From positions 2,666,001-2,730,000 of the forward strand of contig NC_135882.1 in NCBI RefSeq assembly GCF_964194155.1: DNA of 64,000 nucleotides. Reading direction: 5' to 3'. The DNA is from Cetorhinus maximus (taxonomy: Eukaryota). The translations under genes were made by a program, and so were the position numbers. The notes under the pieces are model-generated. The model did not search any database, was not told the DNA's origin, and saw nothing but the letters and a program-made list of their open reading frames with translations. This document shows, in pieces, positions 1 to 12,500 of this stretch (position 1 is its first letter; every line of letters starts with the position of its first letter).

Positions 1-477
1 TCCACTCCCTTAGACTTCAAAATCTATCAATCTCTTGTGTTGAATATATTCAAGGATGGAGCATCCACAACTGCCTGGGGTAGAGAATTCCAAAGGTTCA
101 CAACCCTTTGAGTGAAGAAATTTCTCCTCACTTCAGTCTTAAATGATCGGTCCCTTATCCTAAGACTAAGGCCCTTAGTTCTAGACGCTCCAGTCAGTGG
201 AAACATGCTCTCAGCATCTATCTTCCCAAATCCTCTTAGTATTTTATACATTTCAAAGATCATCTCTGTTTCTTCTGAACGCCAGAGAGCGCTGGCCCAT
301 TCTTCTCAATCTCTCCGTATATGACAACCCTTTCAACCCAGGAATCAATCTAGTGAACCTTTTTTGCACTTCCTCCAAGACAAGTATTTCCATCCTTGGG
401 TACAGAGACCAAAGCCATACACAATACTCCAGGTGTGGTCTTACCAAGGCCCTGTGTAATTGCAACAAGTCTCCCTT
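1..477 (-). mobile_element. CR1-type LINE, 3' ORF2 fragment
   Basis: Minus-strand peptides ALVRPHLEYCVWLWS...VQKRFTRLIPGLKGLSYTERL and YKILRG...RRNFFTQRVVNLWNSLP are typical of the CR1 ORF2 C-terminus; frameshifted. Confidence 0.85.
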
Positions 478-1327
478 ACTCAGCACCATTTGTGACTTCT
501 CAGATACTGAAGCAGTCCATGTCCAAATGCAGCAAGACCTGGACAATATCCAGGCTTGGGCTGACAAGTGGCAAGTAACATTTGCACCACACAAGTGCCA
601 GGCAATGACCATCTCCAACAAGAGAGAATCTAACCATTGCCCCTTGACATTCAATGGCTTTACCATCGCTGAATCTCCCACTATCGACATCCTGGGGGTT
701 ACCATTGACCAGGAACTGAACTGGACTAGGCAGGCAAAACTGTAGCTAAAAGAGCAGGTCAAAGGCTAGGAATCCTGTGGCGAGTAACTCACCTCCTGAC
801 TCCCCAAAGCCTGTCCACCATCTACAAGGCATAAGTCAGGAGTGTGATGGAATACTCTCCACTTGCCTGGATGAGTGCAGCTCCAACAACACTCATGAAG
901 CTTGACACCATCCAGGACAAAGCAGCCGCTTGATTGGCACCCCATCCACAAACACTGACGAACAATGGCATGTGTGTGTGCCATCTACCAGCAACTCACC
1001 AAGGCACCCTAGACAGCACCTTCTAAACAGACGACCACTACCATCTAGAAGGACAAGGGTGACAGATGCAAGGAACACCACCACCTGGAAGTTCCCCTCC
1101 AAGCCACTCACCATCCTGACTTGGAAATATATTGCTGTTCCTTCACTGTCACTGGGTCAAAATCCTGGAACTCCCTCCCTAACAGCACTGTGGGTGTACC
1201 TACACCACATGGAGTGCAGCAGTTCAAGAAGGCAGCTCACCACCACCTTCTCAAGGGCAACTAGGGATAAGCAATAAATGCTGGCCCGGCCAGCAAAGCC
1301 CACATCCCGTGAATGAATGATAAAAAA
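478..1327 (+). mobile_element. 5'-truncated non-LTR retrotransposon ('family B', CR1/L2-group): RT C-terminus and 3' tail
   Basis: QQDLDNIQAWADKWQVTFAPHKCQAM...DILGVTIDQELNW; ends ggcaataaatgctggcc...cccacatcccgtgaatgaat plus A-tail. The same tail recurs across the window. Confidence 0.85.
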
Positions 1328-1429
1328 GTGTTATCAATTTAATTTCCCAGCCCTGTCATGTATTAGTCCCTTAGTGCACTCAGTAGAATTTTGGGTCACT
1401 ATTTTCAAATGAACTTCAATTACTTCTGA

Positions 1430-1700
1430 AATATAATTCCAGGTAAATGTTACATTAATACATAAATTTTCTATTAAGGATGTAAATTACACATACATTT
1501 ATAATTCAATGTAAATCACAGGTGTAAATTATCAGTGGCATGCATAAATTACTGGTAAATGTTCAATTAAATAGGTAAATGAAACACAATGTCTAATTAT
1601 ATGTAAATTACACATGTAAACTGACAATTAAATATGTAAATTACAATATGATTGTGAATGTAAATTCCATATGTACATTTACAATTATATATGTGAAAGT
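1430..1700. repeat. AT-rich degenerate repeat built on TGTAAATTAC-like units
   Basis: Recurrent gtaaat/tgtaaattac motifs at short irregular spacing. Confidence 0.5.
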
Positions 1701-1723
1701 TTTCTCAGGTGGATGATACTCAC

Positions 1724-1806
1724 TCTTTCCCTTTCTGAAGCTGCATGTTGTCAAAATCTTGGGGATTGTTTCTACAGGAACGCAGAGACCTAGAGGCAAC
1801 TTTTAC
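1724..1806 (-). CDS. PKHD1L1: PKHD1L1 exon 14 (VKVASRSLRSCRNNPQDFDNMQLQKGKE)
   Basis: cctcag|GTA...GA|gtgagt; 83 nt, phase 0->2; ends LQKGKE as in the human protein. Confidence 0.85.
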
Positions 1807-4800
1807 CTGAGGAATGATGCAGGAACAAATATGTGAACTTATGTGCAGATCGACCCAAATTCCTTCTTTATTCCCAATTACTCCTAGTTCCTGAATCCGT
1901 AATCAAAGTGATCAACCAGTGTGCATCAGCTTTCATTGACCCACTTGCTATCTTCAAAGGTCCTTTAATGGATCAAATCCAAGTTCCCCTTTCTCCAAAG
2001 AAACTGAGACCAGCCTCTGTTATCTCATCTTGCTGCCAGGTCCCAGATCCTGGAGTGTTTGCCATCCTCTAGCCCCTTACCACTTGATGCCAAACCCCAT
2101 TGCTCCCTATATCTTTCAGAACCATTCTGCAGAACATCTCTTTTTCTTGGCAGTTGGAGTTGAAACTCAATGGATAGCAAAGGCCATTAAATACCCTCAT
2201 TGGGATTTAAGGGTTAAACTGTTTTAGCTTACAACCTTCCTTTTCCAAATAATAATTGTATGGCATTCCCCAGAGCAAACAATTGTTAACTCCAAGATAA
2301 AAGCAAAAAAACTGCTAATGCTGGAAATCCAAAACAAAAATAAAAATACCTGGAAAAACTCAGCAAGTCTGGCAGCATCTGCGGAGAGGAACACAGTTAA
2401 CGTTTCGAGTCCGTATGACTCTTCAACAGAATTCTGTTGAAGAGTCATACGGACTCGAAACGTTAATTGTTAACTCCAGTCTGAATCATTTACTAGGTTG
2501 GAAAAGGTCTTCTGAAGGTTAAAGCACATTGCTGGTGACACACATTATCAAAGAATTGAAATGTGCCATCCAGTCCAAGACCAGTCCAACTCCACTTCTC
2601 CATTCTGTCTCCATGCAAAGAGCTGATGGAGTGACGGTGTGTACAGGTGTGTACAGTACCACATCTCAGCACTTAAATCTTTCACAATGATAAGGTCTCC
2701 ACACTTGCCAATACGCACCTCCTTGTGTTAAATGTTAGTGGCTAGCTGAGTCAGTAAACATTGACGTACAATTGCAAATAAAAACAGAAAGTGCTGGAAA
2801 AACTCAGCAGGTCTGGCAGTATCTGTGGAGAGAGAGAGAGAGACAGTTAACGTTTCGAGTCCGTATGACTCTTCTTTGGAAGTACGATTGCAAGTGTTTG
2901 CTTTTGTACCTTGTCCTGAGGGAGACCAGTTAAGCTGAAATATAATGCGAATGAGCCCCACTCTCGGATATAGAAACAGTAATCGTTAGTCTCTGGAGCA
3001 ACAAAGAACCCACTTAAACGTGTTAAAGATGGACTCCATGGTGTGGAGGGTTTATACAAAGCCTCGTCAGTCCAGGACGCTGAATATCCTGGAGTACTTT
3101 CATTGTAGTGTGGTAAATTATTCAGGGAGCCACTTTGCCATGTTTCTACCTTCAATCCTCTTCCTCCTAAACCAATATGAAAATAACTCAATAAATAGGA
3201 GCAGGAATAAATTGACACTTTTTTTTTAGCCTACCAATAACAGTTCTACTGATAGATAGATTTTGTCACTGGAACACAGTGAACGTGTTTTGGAAAAGGT
3301 CTACGAAATTGTTTTGCAAGGATCACTCGGGTAGTCCACACACCTGTCCTGTGTGATTTAGATCCAGACAGGCCTTTGCAACAAAAGGCACATCCCTATC
3401 CTGTAAGATCCTGTTTTGCTGCTGTGAACAGATAGGGTTTCAGGAACTGGACAAGTTTAATGCTAATACTAGAATTACATGGGGTGGAATCGTCCCTCAT
3501 TTGCACAAAGTGCAGTAGGGGGGCGGGAAAAAGGGTGTTTTACCCGCCAGCCTCAATGGTGGGTTTTTGCACAGTATCGATCACTTCCCAGTGTGTCCCG
3601 CCTCATTAATAATACATTCACGGGGAACATGCCAGATCACTGGCGGGCAGGCTTGGATTTACCCACCACACTGTGATCTCAGCGCTTCCTCACTCCGGAC
3701 ACCACATTTAAAACACACCAGAGCGCAGCCCACTTCATGTCTCCAGACCAGGACTGCTCCAGGTGACAGGTGGTCCTGAAAGCAAAGAAGACGGCAACCC
3801 CCAAATTTAGTGACATCTCTCTGGGGCACCTGCTGGATGTGCTGGAAGGATGTCGCGGTGTTCTCTACCCCAGCTCTGGCCACAGGACGTCCACCAGAGT
3901 GACCAATCCGGCCTGGGAGGAGGTGGCAGTGGTGGTCAGCTCCACTGAAGCACAGAGGAGGTCAGCCATCCAGTGCAGGAAGAGGATGAATGATCTCATC
4001 CGTTCCCCAGGGTAGGTCAACCACCTCATCACTCTCAACTCACACACTCACCAACCCATCACACACCCACAGGGACCTCACACCTCAAGGGACAACACCA
4101 CTAACTCTCACACACACCCTCACATCTCCATCAGGCTCATATCCTCTGGAGCTCACCACACAAACATCCCACACACATGGCAAAATGTTCTCCATGTCCC
4201 TATCAAACCCTTTCATAATTTTAAGAAACTTCCATTAGGTTAGCACTCAGCCCTCTCTACTGTAGAGAATACTGTTAGCCCAAGATGGAAGCCACTGTAT
4301 GAAAAAAAGCATAAAAATTACTGAACTTTTGAACTGAAGCTAACTCTTAATTAGATTACACTTGTGTGAGCTAATCACCTAATTAAGGATGTCTCCTTGA
4401 TGGTGGAGGGATCAAGTGTTGTTAATTGGCCCCATCTGTTTGTTCAAGCAGAAACAAACAATCTCGTGGGAGTACACGCCTCTCATACCTCAGCTAACTG
4501 ACTAATAAATTAAAATGTAGAACTAAAAACAGACTTGTGAACAGTATACACACTTGTCTGGACAACAACTAACTGGAGGGAGGAAGTGCATTGTGACTAA
4601 ATAACAGGATTGAGAAGCTATACTGCTGTTTTGAGTTGCACTGTAGATAGGTATATATTTGCTCATGAGTTGGCAATTCATTTTGTTAACTGACCAGAAA
4701 ATAAGGTATATAGTTTTCCCTTACGTCTGTGTGCGTGTGTGTGTGTGTGTGCGTGCGCCCTGTGATGGTCTCGCATCCTGTCCTGGGTGTACCCCCCCTA

Positions 4801-7800
4801 GCGCCTGTTGCCTGTCGGGATAGGCTCCCACTTTCCAAGATCCTGAATTGGATGAAGCAGTTCTGGAAAAGTGAGTGAGTGAGTGAGCTTCTCCCATCGT
4901 GGAATTATTTGAACATTTTTGACACAATCGTTAATGGGTAGATGTGTCCATAAATGTACACCTGGGACCCGACATTTTAGATGTACTTCATTGGCTGTAA
5001 AGCACTATGGCACACCCTGAGGCTGTGAAAGGTGCTAGATCAATCCAAGGCTGGGTTTAAAAAGAGTGATTTGGAGCAGCTCCCAGGCATAGCCTTTCCC
5101 AATGCAGGAGCACAGGTAAAAGATGGAATTGTACCCAGGGGAGCAGACTTCTCAATGTCATTCAGATTGACAATGTATCTGTTCTGTTTGCCCAGTTGAA
5201 GACAGCTTGTTCACAGGATTGTGTTCTATGGTTGGTTTTACTGTTGAATCTGTTTCTCACCAAAGAAAACCTATCAAAAAAGGACAATGTTGTGAAGAGT
5301 CATTCTTCAGAGTCCTGACCAAATGGAAAAGGACAAGGAACAATCTAGATATTTAATTGGAGGAGGGTCAATTACAGTGTGGTGAGAACAGATCTGTCCA
5401 TTGGCAACTGAGTAATGGGCTGCCTTTAAAGAGGAGATGGTTTGGGTACAGTCAAGGTCCATTCTCATGAGGGGGAAAGGTAGGGCAAACAAATCCAGAG
5501 CTCCTCAGCTAACAAAAAAAGGGTAGAGAGTAAGAGGAAGCAGAAAAAGGATGAACATGACAGACGCCAGGTTGATAATACAAGGGAGAGCCAGGCTGAA
5601 TATAAGTAAGTTTAAAAATAAGGGTTCCCATTGAAGACGGAGGTGAGAAGGAATTTTTTCTTTCAGAGGGTTGTGAGTCTTTGAAACTCTCCTCCCCAGA
5701 GAGCAGTGGAGGTGAGGTGATTGAATATTTTTAAGGCAGAGATAGATAGATTCATGACTAACAAGGGAGTCAAAGGTTATTGGGGGTAGGTCAGAAAGTA
5801 GAGTTGAGGCCACAATCAGATCAGCCATGATCATATTAGATGGCAGAGCAGGGCTAGGGGGCCAAATGGCCTACTCCTGCTCTTAATTCGTATGTTTGTA
5901 AAGTTCAGAGGGGAAATGAAAATGTGAAGAGGAGAAGCAAGGAGAGAGTATGAGAAGAGACTGGCAGCTAACAAAGCGGAGTCCAAAGTCTTCTATAGGC
6001 ATAGAAATAGTATAAGGGTAAAAAGAGGAGAGGTGAGGTCAATTAGGGACCAAAAAGAGGATTTACGCTCAGAGGCAGAGGGCATTGCTGAGGGATGAAA
6101 TGAGTACTTTGATCTGTCTATTAGTGTGCACCCTATGCCCAATGGAGGACCCCCCCCACCCCCCATGCTTCACCCCACTGCACTGCAATCCCCAGCCTCG
6201 CACACCCCTTGCTAGTATCAGCCTGGCTCCAGTGAAATTCCTGAACCTGGGCCCCCAGTCCCTCCTTTTCTGGGATTAGATGCACTCCCAGCAGTGGTCA
6301 CTGCTCCCTGTGGCATGACTGTGGCTGGAGAACTGCTCTCAGAGATGGGGCTTCTTCCTCACCATCCTCTTCACAGTTCATATTACTTCCCATTTTTGTG
6401 TCATTTACAAATTTTGCCATTGTGCCCTGTACACTAAAGTCTACATCATTATTAGAATTGCAGAATTATAGATTGGTTTACTTCTGATCTCTAACCATTC
6501 AGCCTATCATATACATGCTAGCTCCACAGCAACTCAGCTAGTCCACCCCCCTCACCTTTTCCCTGTAGCTCTACGATTTCTTTTCTCATCAGATAATTAT
6601 CCGATTCTCTTTCGAAAAACTCAATTGACTCTGCTTCCACCAAACTCTCAGGCCGTACGTTCCAGTTCTAACCACTCGCTGCATGAAAAGCTTTTCCTCA
6701 TGTCACCTTTGCCTCTTTTGCCAATCACCTTAAATCTGTGCCCTCTGGTTCTCAATCCTTCTACCAATGGGAACAGTTTCTCCCTATCTACTCTGTCCAG
6801 ACCCCTCATGATTTTCAATGCCTCTATCAAATCTCCTCTCAACCTTCTCTTCTCCATGGAAAACAGCCCCAGCTTCTCCAATCTATCCATATAACTGAAG
6901 TTCCTCATCCCTGGAATCACCTCATGAATCTTTTCTGCATTCTCTGAAATGCCTTCACATCCATCCTAAAGTGCAGTGCCCAGAACTGGGCGCAATACCC
7001 CAGTTGAGACTGAACCAGTGTTTTATTAAGGTTCATCATAACTTGCTTGCTCTTGTCCTCTATGCCCCTGTTTATAAAGCCCAGGATACTGTATGTTTTA
7101 TTAATCACTCCCTCAAACTGTCCTGCCACGTTCAATGATTAATGCACATATACACCCAGGCCCCTCTGCTCCTACACCCTCTTTAGAGTTTATTTTATAT
7201 TGCCTCTCCTTGTTATTCCTACAAAAATGAATCACTTCACAGTTCTCTGCGTTACATTTCATCTGCTATGTGTCTGTCCATTCTACCAGCCTGTCTATGT
7301 TTTCTTGTTCATGTAGATCAAGAACAGCAGAGGTCCTAATACTGACCCCTTGGAAATAATACCATAAACCTCCTCCAGCCCAAAAAATGACCATTCATCA
7401 CTACTCTCTGTTTCCTGTCACTCAGCCAACTTTGTATTCATGCTGCCACTGTCCCTTTTATTCCTTAGGCATCAACTTCACTGATAAGCCTGAATTGAGA
7501 CACGGTATCAATTGCCTTTTGTAAGTCCACATACACATCAACTTCATTATCCTCATCAACCCTCTCTTTTACCTCATGAAAAAGCTCAATCAAATTAGTT
7601 AAACACGGTTTGTCTTTAAAAAGCCAATGCTGGCTTCCCTTCATTAATCCAGCTGTGTCTGAGTGGCTGTTAATTTTGTTCCGGAATATCATTTCTGAAT
7701 GTGAGTTAAACTGACTGGCCTGTGGTCGTTGGGCTTACCCTTACACTCTTTTTTGAACAAGGGGGTAACACTTGCATTCTCCAGTCCCCCGGCACCGTTC

Positions 7801-9500
7801 CTGTATCTGGGGAGGATTGGAAGATTATGGTCAGTGCCACCATTTGCACCCTTACTTCCCTCAGTATCCTCGGATGCAAATGATCTGTTCCTGGTGACTT
7901 ATCAACTTTAAGTACAGGCAGCCTCTCTAATATCTTCTCTTTATCAACTTTTAGCCAATCCCAGTGTCTTAACTACTTCTTTTTTCACTCTGACTTTGGC
8001 AGCATCTTCTTACTTGGTAAAGACAGATGCAAAGTATTCATTTAATATCTCAGCCACACCCTCTACTTCCATGCATAGATCCCATTTTTGGTCCCTAATC
8101 AGCCCAACTTGTTTTACCGCCTTTTTACTGTTTATATGTGTATAGAAGACTTTCAGATTCTCTTTTATGTTGGCTGCCAGTCTCTTCTCATGCTCGCTCT
8201 TTGCTTCTCTTATTTCCTTTCTCACCGCCCTTCTGAACTTTCTATTTTCAGCCTGGTTCTCACTTGTTTTAACAACCTGACATCTGTCACATGCACCTTT
8301 TATCTGCTTCCCCTTACCCTCTATCTCTTCTGTCACCAGGGAGCTCTGGATTTGTTTGCCCTACCTTTCCCCCTTGTGGGAACATACCCCAACTGTGCTC
8401 GAACTGTCATCTCTTTAAAGGCAGCTCATTGTTCAGGTACATTTGTACCTGTCGATCTTTGGTTCCAATTTAGTCGTGTCAGATATGTTCTCACAACCAT
8501 TGAAATTAGCCTTTCTCCATTTAAGTTTTTTTTACACTAGATTGCTCCTTGTTCTTTTCTGTAGCCAACTAAACCTCATGATATTATGATCACTGTTCCC
8601 TAAGCCTTTCCCTGACTGTATAGGAGGGTTAAGCATTAGGGGAAGGTGCCTCTGTGGTCCCCTGGAATTTGATCACTTTGGAGGTATTGTTCCTCAATTG
8701 TCTTAAGATTTATTTTTTTCTTTTTGATTTTTCCCAGGAGAATATTTAGTGCTGATGGATGGGGTCAGGCGATATATAAGTAGCACAGTCTGGGGCAGGG
8801 TCAGTGGACTAGCTGCTCTGTTTTTCTCCTTCATTTTCTTATGTTCACTCTTTGCTCAGCGAGGGGTTTAAAACCTATCATCTCTGAGACCAACAGGAGC
8901 CTCCAGAAACACACCGGCTATTGTCGGTGAACAGCAATCTCTTTCTGGAAAGTCCCGATTACAATCGCTTGATTTTAGGTATCATTGACTGCCTTTGAAC
9001 CTTAAAAGTAAAACAATCTGTTTAATCCCTAGGTTATTTTGGAGAAATTAGTGGGCAGATCACCGCACACAGGGACCCGGTGCTTGGTAAGGAAAGCTGG
9101 GGATTGCAACAACAGACATCTTGGATATGGGTGTGGGAGCGATTTCTGTTTCCAAATCCTCTCCTTTTCAGGAGACAAACTAAATATTGCCCCAGTGGGA
9201 TAAAGCTGATTCTAAATGTGCAAACTATTCTATTTAACGAGAATGAACAAATGAACAGAATCTCCCTATCACTCCTTCTACCATAAAATAATCAATCAGA
9301 CATCCCAGCCTCCACTGTAGGCCAAGTTTACTTACAAGTGAGCTGTCCCTGAGTTAGAATGTGCTGGTGCAGTTAGAACACAATAGATAGATCTATTTTA
9401 ATGCCAAATGCATGAATTAAGTTGAAGAAACTAGCAAGTGAGATATCACATTGTGTTTCTAACACGTCTCCCTGCAGATATGTAGTCCTATCAATTTTCA

Positions 9501-9538
<38 letters not shown>

Positions 9539-12500
9539 CTGTCTAACGTAGATACTAAATTAAAATTCAAAAATAAAAATGATAAATGAGCAAAGATAAA
9601 CGGCACCTGGAAAAACTGTTCTGGGAAGATTGACTTCCTTTGGAGTCCGACAGGTTATTTGAGTAGTATTGATGCCCAGAACCTCACAGCTCTGACCTGT
9701 GTGAAAAATGAAAAATAAAACAAAATATAGGCACCAAAACTAGAAGAATGGGTTTAGTTCCTTGTATAGTGTGAATATAGCTGCTTTCTGAAATGGGAGC
9801 AAGTTCTAATTATTTACTGATCAGAGTGTAATGGATTCACTCCAAATGACCAAATAAATATATATAATATGTTCAAATAAAAATTAGTTCACATCACAGA
9901 CTATAAACCACATTCCCAGAACTGTATCTATATTTAATGAACACATTATAAATGGTGTTAGAAAATAGGACCAGGCTCAAGGGAAGCACTAGGTGGAGTT
10001 GAGAGTCTCCTCCTACCTTGCCTGGTCCACCAATCGCAGGGTTATGCTGTAAATAAATGGAGCGTATCCCACAAACTGGCTGTTAGCCATGTCAGCTGGG
10101 GCGCAGTGGGCAGCACTCTCACATCTGGGGCAGAGGTTTTGGGTTCGAGTCCCTCTCCAGAAACTTGAGAACCTGATCCAGACTGACACTGGCAGTACAA
10201 TACTGAGGGAGTGCTGCACTGTCAGAGGTGCCATCTTTCACATGAGATATTAATGACATAAAAGATCCCATGGCACTATTGGTCAAGAGCAGGGGGAGTT
10301 CTGCCCGATGTCCTGCCCAATATTTATCCTCAATTAACATCACTGAAACAGATTACTGGTCAGCGTCACGTTGCTATTTGTGGGATCTTGCTGTGCACAA
10401 ATTGACCACTGCATTTCCTTCTTTACAACAGTGACTAAATTTCAAAATTACTTCATTGGCTGTAAAGCACTTTGGGATGTCCTGAGGTGGTGAAAGGTGC
10501 TATAGAAATGCAAGTTCTTTCATTTTTTTTGTACATACCTCCGACAGTCACTCTGGCAGGAGCGTCTGTTTCATCAAAGAACCTCCCAGTCACAGTAAGG
10601 ACAGTTCCTCCTTCCACACTCCCTTCAGATGGGTGGACCCCAGTCACCTCTTCAAAGATAGAAAAACACATCCTATTTGGCTCTGTAACGTTTCAGGACT
10701 ACAATGCACTTCAAACCTGTCTCTGCACCAAATAGTGAATCTCCAACTGTTATTATTTGATATTAATTAAACGGGATGTTGAAATGAATATTAGTTTTTT
10801 AATTTATTCTTTCAGAGGATGAGGCTTCACTGGCTGGGCCAGCATTTATTTCCCATCCCTAGTTGCCCTTGAGAAGGTGGTGGTGAGCTGCCTTCTTGAA
10901 CCGCTGCAGTCCATGTGATGTAGGTACACCCACAGTGCTGTTAGGGAGGGAGTTCCAGGATTTTGACCCAGGGACAGTGAAGGAACGGCGATATATTTCC
11001 AAATCACGATGGTGAGTGACTTGGAGGGGAACTTACAGGTGGTTGTGTTCCCATCTTTCTGCTGCCCTTGACCTTCTAGGTGGTATTAGGTTTGGAAGAT
11101 GCTGTCTAAGGAGCCTTGGTGAGTTCCTGCAGTGCATCTTGTAGATGGTACACACTGCTGCCACTGTGCGTCGGTGGTGGAGGGAGTGAATGTTTGTGGA
11201 TGTGGTGCCAATCAAGCGGGCTGCTTTGTCCTGGATGGTGTCAAGCTTCTTGAGTGTTGTTTGAGCTGCACTCATCCTGACTTGTGCCTTGTAGATGGTG
11301 GACAGGCTTTGGGGAGTCAGAAGGTGAGTTAGTCTCTGCAGAATTCCCAGTCTCTGACCTGCTCTTGTAGCCACAGTATTTATATGGCTAGTTCAGTTCA
11401 GTTTCTGGTCAATGGTAACCCCCTGGATGTTGGTTGTGGATGATTCAGTGATGGTAATGCCATTGAATGTCAAGGGCCGATAATTGGATTCTCTCTTGTT
11501 GGAGATGGTCATTGCCTGGCACTTGTGTGGCACAAATGTTACTTGCCACTTATCAGCCCAAGCCCAAATGTTGTCCAGGTCTTGCTGCATTTGGACGTGG
11601 ACTGCTTCAGTATCTGAGGAGTTGCAAATGGTGCTGAACATTGTGCAATCATCAGTGAACATCCCCACTTCTGACCTTATGATGGAAGGAAGGTCATTGA
11701 TGAAGCAGCTGAAGATGGTTGGGCTGAGGACACTACCCTGAGGAACTCCTGCAGTGATGTCCTGGAACTGAGATGATTGATCTCCAACAACCACAACCAT
11801 CTTCCTTGGTTGTATTCAGATAGTTTTAGTCTCAACTAATCATCAGGTTTATCCAGTGAGTAGCTGATATTGGTAAAAAGCAATATGCTGCAGATGCTGA
11901 AATCCTGAAACAGAGACAGAAAATTCTGGAAACACTCCATCAGTCAGTCAGCATCCGTGGAGAGGATAGATGAGAATGGGTCTACAACTGAAACATTTAC
12001 TCCTCAGTTCCCCCCACAGACACTGATCTGCTAAGTGTCTCCAGTTTTTCCTCTTTATCTGCAGGCAGACCAAGTGATGGGGCTCTGCAAAGCCTCAGCT
12101 CTCCCATAGGGAAGAAAAAACAATCAGTCAGGCTCTCAATGCAATTTCGTGGCCCCCCCACCTCCCCGACACCAGTTTACAATGTAAAAGTTGGATGAGA
12201 AAAGGATCGAGGTTGGGACTGAGGTACATTTTTGAGGCAGGATAGAGAAAATTTCACTCCGAATCTTGACAGAAACAAGTCCAAGCAGTGCTCATCCTCC
12301 ACGTGATCTAGAATGTTAATCCCATGTACCGACCCTGCTCCCAAATTCCTTCATCCCCTTTTCATTCACCGCCTACCAAATCAGTATATCAATGTTGGCA
12401 TCAATCACTAACTCCAGTAGTGAATTCCACAACCTCACAGCCCCCTGTGTACAAACATCTTCTCCTCATCTCTGTCTTAGTTTTATATCTATGCCCTAGT

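Noticed and set aside
10093-10165. tRNA gene
   Set aside because: A/B boxes belong to a SINE head continuous with the Deu core; no full cloverleaf.
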